A stretch of 64,000 nt of DNA from Balanoglossus misakiensis. Taxonomy: Eukaryota > Animalia > Hemichordata. The DNA lies in assembly GCA_040954595.2 (NCBI GenBank), contig CM082578.2, forward strand, positions 12,338,520 through 12,402,519, in the 5' to 3' direction. The notes under the pieces are model-generated. The model made no database searches. It was given only the letters and a program-made list of their open reading frames with translations, and had not been told where the DNA came from. The translations under genes were made by a program, and so were the position numbers. Positions 11,668 to 21,662 of this stretch are shown here, in pieces. Within the stretch, counting starts at the first letter, position 1. The number at the start of each line of letters is the position of its first letter.

Positions 11668-13278
11668 CTACAAATTTATCACTGAAGTTGTAGATGTTGT
11701 CTCGTGAGTGTGTTCTCCGTGATCTTGATCTTCAGAGTTGTCGTCCCACGAAACGAGATTGAGGTCGTGCTGTCTTCTCCGTTGGAATTTGCTCTTTCTC
11801 TTCCTGTAGTATTTGACCCCGACAACCGACAAAACACCCACGACAAACACCGAGCCAAAGACGCTCCCGATGATGATTTCCAGCTCGGTCTGAGTCATGG
11901 CAGCTTTTGGAGGGGTGGGGGGACACGTGAAATTGTCGGCGGGGACGGACCACAAGAGCATGCCTTTCAAGTCAGGGGGAGTTTGGCAAATCAGGTCTTT
12001 GAAGACCTTCTGCCGCGTGGCGTTGTCGTAGAAATAGTAGGACGCCAGAGCGAAATCCTCGAAGTGGCAATCGCACTGCCACGGATTGTGGCTCAGACCG
12101 ATAAGCGTCTCACCTCTGATGACGATGGGACGAAAGAGCTTCTTCGGAAGTGAGGTCAGATGGTTCCTGGACAGATCCAGCGTCAGAATCTTGGACAAAC
12201 CCTGAAAAGCGTCCTTCTTGATCTCCTTCAGGGAGCCGCGGGAAAACGACAGATGCTGCAGGTCGGTGAGGTTGGCGAAGGCCCTGCTGGGTACGGTCTC
12301 GATGTGGGTTCCCCGAAGGGTGAGCAACTCCAGCTGGGAGAGGATGTTCAACGCCAACGTCGGAAGGACACTGAGGCGGTTGTAGTCCAGATTGAGCAGC
12401 TTCAGACTGGGGACGTTCACGAAGGCGCCGGCCGTGATTTCCGACAGGCCGGTGGCGTACAGGTTCAAGTTCAGCAGTTGCGGCAGCGCCCGCAGGGCTC
12501 CCTGGGGCACCACCCCGAGGGGGTTCTGTTTCAGGATCAGCGTCTCCAGCTTGTTGAGACCGGCAAACTTGACCTGAGTCAGGACCTGGAGACTGTTGTT
12601 TGACAGGTCCAGCAGTTTCAAGGTCTGCAGCTCGCTGAAGAGTTCGTCGCCCATCTCGCCCAGGTTGTTGTTTGGGAGGTACAGTTCTTCCAGGGAGTGC
12701 AAGCCGTTCCAGATCTTGTGGTTGGTCAGCGACCGCAGGTTGTTGTTGGACAGCGACAGAACCTTCAGGTTGTCGAGTCCCCTGAACGCGTCTGCTTTGA
12801 CGGCCAGCGTCTGATGGTTTATGAAATCAAGTCGGTTTAACGTCGACAGACCGAGGAATAGACCCCGCGACAGTTGATTGAAGTTGTTCTGCGAGAGCAG
12901 CAGGTGCTCTATGGTCTCTATGTTGTCGAAGGCGTCCGGCTGCAACACCCGGATGGAGTTGGTCAAAAACTTGAGCGACTTGATGCTGGACAGTTCCACA
13001 AACGCGTTGCTGTCGATCAGGTCGAAGCGGCTGTCCATGAATGCCAGGCTCTGCACGGACTTGTAGCTGGCGTGGGCGAAATTCTGGGAAGCGATGGAGA
13101 AGTTGGCGTATCTGAACTGCAGCCCGGTGGTTCCGGCCGGAATTTCCGCGGGTATCTCGGTGAAGTTGTTGCATTTCATCACGTGTCGTGTACATACACA
13201 CTTCTGGAGGCAAGTGGAAGCAGATTGCAGCAGGACCAGCATGCACAGCAGCTTGATGGCGCTTGCAGGCGCCCTCAT
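11668..13278 (-). CDS. Single-pass LRR transmembrane receptor 3, ~536 aa
   Basis: ORF with signal peptide, CLQKCVC N-cap, LRR array, NPWQCDC..LICQTP..FTC C-cap and TM IIIGSVFGSVFVVGVLSVVGV followed by a basic stop-transfer. ATG is at 13278, with an acceptor (ttattctag) at 13388. Confidence 0.92.
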   Translation of the reverse strand: MRAPASAIKLLCMLVLLQSASTCLQKCVCTRHVMKCNNFTEIPAEIPAGTTGLQFRYANFSIASQNFAHASYKSVQSLAFMDSRFDLIDSNAFVELSSIKSLKFLTNSIRVLQPDAFDNIETIEHLLLSQNNFNQLSRGLFLGLSTLNRLDFINHQTLAVKADAFRGLDNLKVLSLSNNNLRSLTNHKIWNGLHSLEELYLPNNNLGEMGDELFSELQTLKLLDLSNNSLQVLTQVKFAGLNKLETLILKQNPLGVVPQGALRALPQLLNLNLYATGLSEITAGAFVNVPSLKLLNLDYNRLSVLPTLALNILSQLELLTLRGTHIETVPSRAFANLTDLQHLSFSRGSLKEIKKDAFQGLSKILTLDLSRNHLTSLPKKLFRPIVIRGETLIGLSHNPWQCDCHFEDFALASYYFYDNATRQKVFKDLICQTPPDLKGMLLWSVPADNFTCPPTPPKAAMTQTELEIIIGSVFGSVFVVGVLSVVGVKYYRKRKSKFQRRRQHDLNLVSWDDNSEDQDHGEHTHETTSTTSVINL

Positions 13279-13999
13279 GATCACAGCCTTAATTAGTCTT
13301 CAGAGTGCACTCACAGCAAACATTACAAACATTGCCTTGCGGTATTTTGACACACAGCAATCCACCTGTCCAGCCCGTTGCTTACACCTAGAATAAAGAA
13401 TAACAATGGTTAGTAATATGATGTAGTGAGTGTTCTGTTACTTACAGGCTAGGGGATTGTAGGCTGGTAGTTTGTGGTTATGGCATGTCAGTCTTTGTTT
13501 GGAACTTTCTTGCGCAGTTGTGCTGCCACCAGCAAAACTACATGTTTGCTGGAGCAACCATACAGTAGGACAGACGGCCTGCTGCAAGTTCCATCTGGGA
13601 TAAAGCATACCAGCACACTGCAAGTTCGGTCACGTTGCAGATCTCTACTTTTGCAGCCTTGCTCCATAAAAAAAAACAATACACTGTTCAGGTCTGTAAT
13701 TCCAACCGGCACAACAACACACAATAGATCATTGAAGGCACATGTCCGTTTAACGTGAGCGTCTATCTGCATTGTTCAGTGTCAAAAAGATCGGCTATTG
13801 ATCAGACTCTGGGACCTGGAACGGCTTTCAGCCATAACAATCTCATGCGGTACTTGCTTACACAATGTGTGTGCATTGTACATGTATATACGCAGCTGGC
13901 CTTGAATTAAAGCACATGGCAAACTTTTGAAAACATGGAATGCTCCGGAACTTCCCAAACAACCTGCACATGGGAGAGCACCTGACTAAATCACTTTTG

Positions 14000-14089
14000 C
14001 CCTTTCCCCACCATGGTTCAGTCCATACCCATTGTTTTCTATGGTAAGGTTGGCCCACTAAAGAAGGAACAGGGGGGTGAAAGAGTTAA
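14000..14089 (+). mobile_element. Short MITE-like element, piggyBac-like termini (copy 1)
   Basis: ccctttccccaccatggtt...ggggtgaaagagTTAA. Imperfect terminal inverted repeat, similar to 14404-14499. Confidence 0.5.
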
Positions 14090-14403
14090 TTAGTCATGAT
14101 GGCCATGCTTCAGTGAATTAAATACACTGAGGGAAAACAATGGACTGGAGGACTTCCTGTCACCCCCATCAAGGATAAATGCATGGTTTCATTACAACTT
14201 TCAGAGGGAGGTCATAACAAATATTTAGACCATAAATCAGAACAAACAAGAAATTAAACTTCTCTATTACCACTGACAGTAGGATGTATTCTAAATTTTT
14301 CATTTTGTTGTGTTGGGGCTTAAGGTATGTTTCACTCATAAAGTACGGCTAATTTTCGTCCTCAGAACAAAGTGTGAGGATTCTTTTTTCCATACATTCA
14401 CAA

Positions 14404-14499
14404 AACCCTAGGCTCCACCACTGTGGTTTGACCCAAATATTGTCAATGACAAAGTTGGACCTCTGCAGAAGGTATACAGAACTGGGGTGAATGGGTTAA
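14404..14499 (+). mobile_element. Short MITE-like element (copy 2, more decayed)
   Basis: aaccct..ccaccactgtggtttgaccc..gttggacct..aactggggtgaatgggTTAA, colinear with copy 1. Confidence 0.45.
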
Positions 14500-16321
14500 A
14501 TACAGCTTACAGCAGTATTCCCTTTGATCAGGCACTCAGACCATGGCTCAAGTCTTTAGTGATTAAACTTTTGCATTGATATTTGAAACGTGTATGGGCA
14601 TGATAAAAAAATCTAGGTAAATATCTTTGTTAAGGAGGGGGGGGGTATCATACACTACTCTGAGCCAGAATTTGGTGGCCATAGATATTGCTGCAGGGAG
14701 ATAACATACATGTACAGCAACTTTTATAAATGGATGCAAGCTGTCTCAATTTATGCAAATTTATATCATTTGGAATTTGGGTTGGAGCAAATTTATATTT
14801 GTGCAGGGGTGTGTCAGTCAGAGTGAATTCTTTGTCGTATATTTTGCACTCCCAAACTTTCATTTATAGGAGTTGAGGGGAAATGCAATTACTTGTGATT
14901 CACTCACATGCTTTTTAATTATCCGCCACCCCATACTGAGTCAACCTCTGCCAACACAATTAAACAGTGCTTTTTGACAACAAAGCCCCAATGGCCAAAA
15001 TCAATGGTGTGAGAGCTGGCGCGACTGTGACGATGGCCAACATCATGCAGCCACATGCTGTTGGTCCTAACCCTCTTCCAGGCCCTCAACAAACTTGTGT
15101 GCCAGGGCTACAGTTTACATCATTTATTCTGATCCACACCTATATCTACTCTGGGCTGACAGAAATTGTACGGTTTTTGCATCCATATTAAACCGGTAGT
15201 GTTACATAAGTTTTGTTTGCGAGGTCATTCCCTTTTCACAAAGTAAAGCATCGTGCAATTAAATTGCAAAGCCAACGGCACATGTTGCAGGCATTTCAAC
15301 AAAATGCTAATAAGGCAATTGATTTTATCATGTAATAAAAAACAACAACTGGAGACGCATCACACCTGTACAGTACAGGCTCGTGCATGTTACCTGGTTG
15401 TTTGCTAGCTGGTAAAAGTGACATAACCCAGAAATTGCATGATTTCAGGAATACAAATATCTTTCAGAAATTATGTCAGCATGTTTTTATGAGCAACTTA
15501 TCTGTGTGCTTGAAGTAACCTGTTAGATATTTTATTATCCAAGATCTTGCACTCATTTTCAAGCTGGCTCCCGAAATGAATACTGTCAAGTAATTCGATG
15601 CCACATAAAAAGTTGGATATTCTCAGCAGACAAAATCTCCCCAAATTTCCCCTGCATTCACAGTTATTTTCATCTTCATCGGCCGGCGGATGCAATTGCA
15701 GAGGCACTTGTGACACAAGTGTAGGCACGGTTACTGTGCCAGAAGCACTATCTTTTGTTACCGTGGAACACAGCATGGAATATTGAGAAAAGCAACAAAA
15801 TGGAAAGTGCTGGTATTTCATTTTCTCATGCATTGGAAAATTTTACGAGGGCTCATGCACTGTGGTTAACCTGAGTGGAACAGCGCTTTCATTTAGAGTT
15901 GACCTGTGACTTGCTTTTGAGTTATTTACCTTTACTGAATAGGATACATGTGACGGAGGGAAATCCCCGACTCTCAGAGATAAGTATAACTGTGTTGCAG
16001 ACATCCAAGGTCCTCTGTTAGTCATTTCAATATGAGCCGTGCATTCATGAGGCAAAACAGATGGGGCTGTACACAATAATATGCTGCTGACTGCACGAGT
16101 TAAGAGTCGCTTGCAGACAGACGTACCTGCGGGTAACGTACACGAGCGCTGAATGACACAATCACTGGCTGATTGATCTGAGGTATTAGCCTTTCGGGAT
16201 GAACAAGCTCGCAGCCACCTTGTCACCACTGCCACGGCAACCAGCCGGCCAGCTGATCGGCTCGCTTAAATTCCCGTCACAGTCAAAACAAGCATTCCCG
16301 CCAGATATCCCGCCCACTTAC

Positions 16322-16500
16322 CTGGCTTTCAGGCTGAAGCTATAAGCTCAGTCTCTGACTTTACAACATGGCACCAACACTGACAGTCAGAGTCTATCCA
16401 GTAGCATGAGTAACACCAACATGCAGTGCTGCGTCTGTGTCTGTATCTCTCTCTCTCTCTTTTGGACACAACACAGATTGCCCTGACTGTACCCCTCTTC
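16322..16500 (-). other. Candidate non-coding 5' exon of LRR receptor 3
   Basis: Perfect minus-strand donor CAG|GTAAGT at 16316-16324, ~3 kb upstream of the acceptor at 13388. The upper boundary is a guess. Confidence 0.35.
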
Positions 16501-19078
16501 CTTTGAAGCTGGCTCAGTCTCTGTGATGTCAGCACTGTGTCAGGTCACTGTGTGTATGTACTTGTTCAGTGAGTAAATTGTGTTTGGGTCAGACCATTTT
16601 GTTTCACAGGTATGGTCGAGATGTGCGGGTGAGCTCACTCACCCATTGTGCATTATTGTTCACTCTGAATTGCTGCCAGAGCATTGTTATTGTGAAGTCC
16701 TCCTCATTTCACAATTTCATGGTGCTGTCAGTATTTGAGTCGTTGCCTGATTTTCCGATGCTTTCCAACATGAATTATTCCCAAATCCCATTATCGTAGT
16801 TGCGTACACAATTCACACATTTTTTTGCATTTATTGAAGATTCACCTAATACAAAATAGATTCCAACAGCAGTTTTCATTTGAGCTGTGAAATTTGTCTC
16901 CTTTGTACAGGGATTAATGTTCATCACAATGACTGCAAAATCGGGCTAATTTTCTCCCAGCTAGAGATTGAATGAAATTTAAATTTTGAATAGAAGCCTC
17001 ACAGTACACAAAATAGACACTATAAAATTGTTCTCTGTAATGAAAATAGTTTATTGTGAACATTAAAAATCTTTGTTTGTTTCAAGTCAACGCTTGCAGT
17101 GACTGTGTATAGGAATTCCCTCATGGCGATGTTCCGTATGTGGGTGTATAATGTAGGCATATTCAAATTTAACTGATTTGCCTGGGTATTGCTTTCTTGA
17201 CCTGATGGATTTGAAAATCAGTGAATTTAAAAATTGTCGCATACAAATACACAACTATCATTGGGCACAATTGGCTTGTGATCAACCTGTATGTCAAGTC
17301 ACAACATAAACAGCATATGTTATGAACAGCTGATCACAGTTAGTCCTATTGAAGTCAAGGCCATCATTTGCATTCAATGGGCAAGCATCATAAGGAGGAT
17401 TCATTGATCAGTAAAGGTCAGATTGTTGTGTTGTGCATGGCTATGGTCCAATGTGCCTATCATATGAATTATTTACATATCCATTCATGTAAATATGGGC
17501 AATTTGCATCTGTATACATTTGGATAAATCTACATATCTCTAAAAATTAGTCAGCAACTGATGTTTTAGGTTTGATTACTGCGTTCTGATTGGAGCAAAT
17601 TTCTGTAATTGCAAAAATGGGTGTAATTATTCTGCCCTTTGATATTGTCAAAGTGTCACAAATCATGAAGATAAAAATTAATAATATTGAATGTCCTTTA
17701 CTCTAGAATCCTGTGTTTTTGTAGCTCTGCATTGTGCAAGAAGAGCACCGAGAAATGCTGAATGACAGCTATAGAAAATATCTAAAATACTGAGTAGTCA
17801 AGAAAAATATACTCAAAGAAAACAATAAGTGGAAAACAGAAGTGATGAATGTAAGACAAGGGTATATTGAGTCTTCTTCAGCTTAGAGCTGATGGAAGTC
17901 TGATTTCACCAATCCCACAACCTTGATACAGGGAGATAAATTCATCATGGAACTGTAAAACCAAGTGAAGCATAAACAGTGGTTTAACTGCATTTACACA
18001 CAAACTATGTCACACGTTCTGACACCCTGGATGCAAGTGTTGCCCTTTGAAACAGATGTCCCTGCGAACCTTGTTCCTAAAGTCAAAACAGTAGACAGTG
18101 AAAGTAGGGCATGGATTGATTTTGTGCGGCAAAGTGTCAAGTCAAGTCGTACATACTGTAGGTGCCTCTGATAAGAATCCACACCCTTTTCAAATGCTAG
18201 CTGTGTGATGCTTTTTTTAACAAAGAGCAATTGTACCGCTCATGCTGGAAGACTTGATTTGAAATATAATAGTAACATATACTGGGAATTTTTTCATGCC
18301 TTAAACACTTCAACTTCAGTGCCTTGGGAAACCACACAACTGTTGAAGTCAACCAGTATGAGACACTCTTAGCTCCTTCATCTAAAACGCTATACACAGA
18401 TCACATACCATACAGTTTTCTGGCCTATGACTCATAATTTGTCTAAGAAAGCTTTATTGACTCATTGTAACTTTCAATACTGTGTGAAAACACAGATGTT
18501 GTGTGTTTTTTGTCCTAATTTTCCTGATGCCAAAAACTTCACCAACAAGTCAAGTCAAATCAATACCTGGGACCACATCGTCAGGACTATTGATTTTTGT
18601 AAAACGATGTTAACAACCTTTTTGGTAGAAAGAAAAAGACAATGGATAGGAGAAAATTATGTAACTAGTGTATGATATTTCTGGCATGAAACTACCCAAT
18701 GTGTTTTATCAGGAGTGTTGCCACAATAAATGCTTATAATTACCCAGTCATTTTAGTACAGAATTTCTCCAGTCCCTTTGGTATCCGGTTTAATAGTTTT
18801 ACTGTGCTACATGTACATATGCCATTTTTAACACAGGAGACTTATATAGTCTCAGCCTTGATTATTGAAAAAGAGTCCAAAATTACTTATCTTACTAGTA
18901 CTTTTCAATCATCCTGAACGACATTTGGTATTTGCGAAAATTCTATGGATTCCATCACGGATTCAAAAGAATATAAAAGTCCGCAAGCATCTTATCTAGC
19001 TTAATGCTCAAGGGAACAATTGGCCTAGCCAGCAGATCATTGTACATAAATGATGCAGAATGTACTTTGTCAGTTCAG

Positions 19079-19191
19079 GTTGTTTCAAATATTAAAACGT
19101 CAAGCAAATTTCACACCTGAATATACACACCTGGAAATACACGTACTGCAGTCTCCAGATACTTGCATATCTAGGTTTGATCTGGCAAATG
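19079..19191 (+). CDS. Possible penultimate DCLRE1C exon (weak)
   Basis: Flanked by ttcag and gtaaat, open frame LFQILKRQANFTPEYTHLE..., ending in phase 1 as the terminal exon requires. Similarity to Artemis PKYKPLG is marginal. Confidence 0.15.
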
Positions 19192-19899
19192 GTAAATTTA
19201 CTACAATCCATCCGTGGTCAGATACAAATTGGCGGTCTTTGACATTATTGTGGCTGCATCTGCTTCATGTAAAATTTATTTTTGATGTCAGGTGGATTGT
19301 CAATCATTTAAATATTTCATTTTTTTCTGTCGTCATATTTGTAAGTCTAAGTGGTAAGTCCTCTGATGACATAATTTAAAGTACATACCAGAAATTATGG
19401 TATGTGTAACTATATTTATTTGTGTCTGTTCATGATGTGAATAGAGCTGTCTGGATGAAACTGACTCGGCATATCTCAGAAAACATAGCAGAACCAATAA
19501 CTATATCATAAAGCAAAGGGCTGAATTGAATTGAAGCAAAATCAGGCATTGAATTTTTTTTAACTATTGATACACTTCCTCATCAAATATTCAATAACAG
19601 GATGAGATATCGATAGTCACAGAAAAGAGGATAGACTTTACAACGTTTTAATTAAGAGAAGATAATATCACACACAGAAAAACAGAACCATATTTCTTAG
19701 GACAGATATGATTAATCCATAGTATGGTCACATGTCGTTCACTTCAGACATAACCATTCATCAGGAAAATGCATCTGATTACTTTCCTTGGTAAACCGTT
19801 GCTGAATTTGCACATGTGACTGATGTATACCTTTTGATATTAGTCTCACTCATTATCCTGACCTTTCTTTTCTCATTCTGGTTCTGAACATGTTTATAG

Positions 19900-20606
19900 G
19901 CAGTGGAGGAGATGAATTCGCCAAGTTATTTGACGATGACGATGAGAGCGATGACGAACTACAAAAGACCTCTGGCACAAAAGAAATAACTGCAAGAAAG
20001 CCCCCTAAGCTGACAGAGAAGGAAGACATTGTCTTCACGCACACTTCTCAAGATACGAGCCACGACACTCCCAAGCCAGATTCCCAGAAAACAAACAGCA
20101 GTTACTGCAGCAGCTATTGCAGTGACAGCGACACAGATAACGACAGTGACCTAGATTTATTCGCGTCTCAGGAAAGCTGCAAGTTGACAGACTCGCAGGG
20201 TCCATTAAGTCAGAGCAGTCATAATTCTGACTGTCCCGTGGGTCAGTCAAGTTCGCTGCAAGGAGGGGCGGAGGGTGGTGGGGACTTCATCAAGGGCGAG
20301 ACTGAGGGAGACGTCATTACGTGCAAACAGCAAGAAATGTTGAACCGTAGAGGGAACGCAAAGTGTGATGATCCCACGGGTGGGAATTCAGTTGAGGGTG
20401 TCGACATTGACAAAACTGTCGACGACGATTTCCCGGACAGCAGTGAATCTCCAGATAAGGCCAGTGGGGACCAAGACAGCTTTAATGTACCAGCCACACC
20501 CGGCGCAAAGAGACCAAGCAGAGAGCAATTAGAATGCATGTATAAAAAATTAGCAGCTGGTGATGATTTACATATCGGTGCTTCTTCAAAAAGACTAAAG
20601 CTCTGA
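19900..20606 (+). CDS. DCLRE1C: Artemis (DNA cross-link repair 1C) terminal exon: disordered SQ-rich C-terminal tail; gene 5'-partial in window
   Basis: Phase-1 acceptor (tttatag) at 19899. The exon starts GSGGDEFAKLFDD (human DSEEEDDYLFDD), has several SQ sites, and ends SFNVPATPGAKRPSREQLECMYKKLAAGD, matching human Artemis [29 protein letters not shown] (recalled sequence). It is adjacent to SUV39H and HSPA14, as in human. Confidence 0.85.
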
Positions 20607-21439
20607 GACATTTATAAAAATTTGATACAAATTTAATTGTACAAGGTATATGCCTCGTTTAGGTAATGCAATATGCCAATTCTCCTTTTACTGGTAGCAA
20701 TAGGATCACAGCAAAACAACTACCGTACCATAAATAACAACCGCTGGATTATAAGTCCCTGTGATCTAGAAAGTCGTGATCAGCCAATATTTCCTTCCCA
20801 TTTCTGTTTAAAATCCAAGTGTTATTGAGGACGTTTGTGGTTATACATAATTTATTTATTTCACTTGTCAATAAACTGTAACATGTCACCAGTGTAACTG
20901 GATGAACATGAATAAACTTTGTGTAAAAATAACTGTAATCTTCAGCTGAGATGCATGGCATTCCAAGAATAATTTCATACACAGCCAAAATTTGCCCTGA
21001 AATGATTCTTTTTGTCAATGAACTATTTTGCATTCAATACAGTGATTTACATTCAGTGAAACAATCAAATGTTTTTTGCATATTATGCGATTGAATTTTC
21101 AGGAGAATACATGTACAGTGCCAACTTTAAGAACATTAAAAAAAAAATATTTATTAAAGTATAATATTCTTTGCTTCTGTGTTATTGCATGTAGTTTGTA
21201 AATTCATTTCTCAATATCATCAACTGTACAGACTTGCATTGATTTATCTTTTATTGTATTGCATTTCACGATTAATAGTTAAATAATTAAATTAATATTT
21301 TTTTGTAAGTGAATTGTGTCTATTTGTATTTTTGCTTGAATATTACACCCATGGGCAGGTAATCCAGTTTAGACATATACGGTCACCTCCAATTTACATG
21401 CGCCCATATATGGCAGAAATGGCGTATTTGAGTGTTCTA

Positions 21440-21662
21440 AAGAACATATGGTGGCGCTCTTTTTTGCGTGTGCCGCCCACTGAAAATCTGTGATTGGCTA
21501 GATCTCAATTTGCCATGGTAACTGTAGCTATATTTGCATAGGTGACCGTACGCAGCGAAAGGGATACATGTTGTAACAGTCCCCAGGCCCTGTAAAACTT
21601 GTGAGCACGTGACCAAAGGGAGGTCCAATCAAATGATTGGATTATCCGAGTGAAAATCCAAA
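21440..21662 (+). promoter_or_regulatory. SUV39H promoter with multiple CCAAT boxes
   Basis: ATTGG 21493, CCAAT 21625, ATTGG 21636 and an E-box CACGTG near 21606, immediately upstream of ATG 21663. Confidence 0.55.

Noticed and set aside
1555-13396. Long antisense and alternate-frame ORFs over the LRR genes (e.g. 1555-2334, 6565-7164, 12160-12603)
   Set aside because: These are shadow ORFs caused by high GC3 codon usage, with no recognisable domains.
13690-13725. SVIPTGTT resembling Artemis NVIPVGTT
   Set aside because: The flanking residues do not match (no IKDFLSY-like segment) and there is no convincing donor. Probably chance.
17990-18400. Possible decayed fourth LRR gene on the minus strand
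   Set aside because: Only a vague resemblance (ISNQVFQH), with no LxxLxLxxN periodicity in any frame.
678-19899. Somatically rearranging (VLR- or V(D)J-like) LRR locus beside Artemis
   Set aside because: All three LRR genes are complete ORFs and I saw no isolated LRR cassettes. CACAGTG heptamers (e.g. near 3649, 3862, 8551, 9630) lack correctly spaced nonamers.
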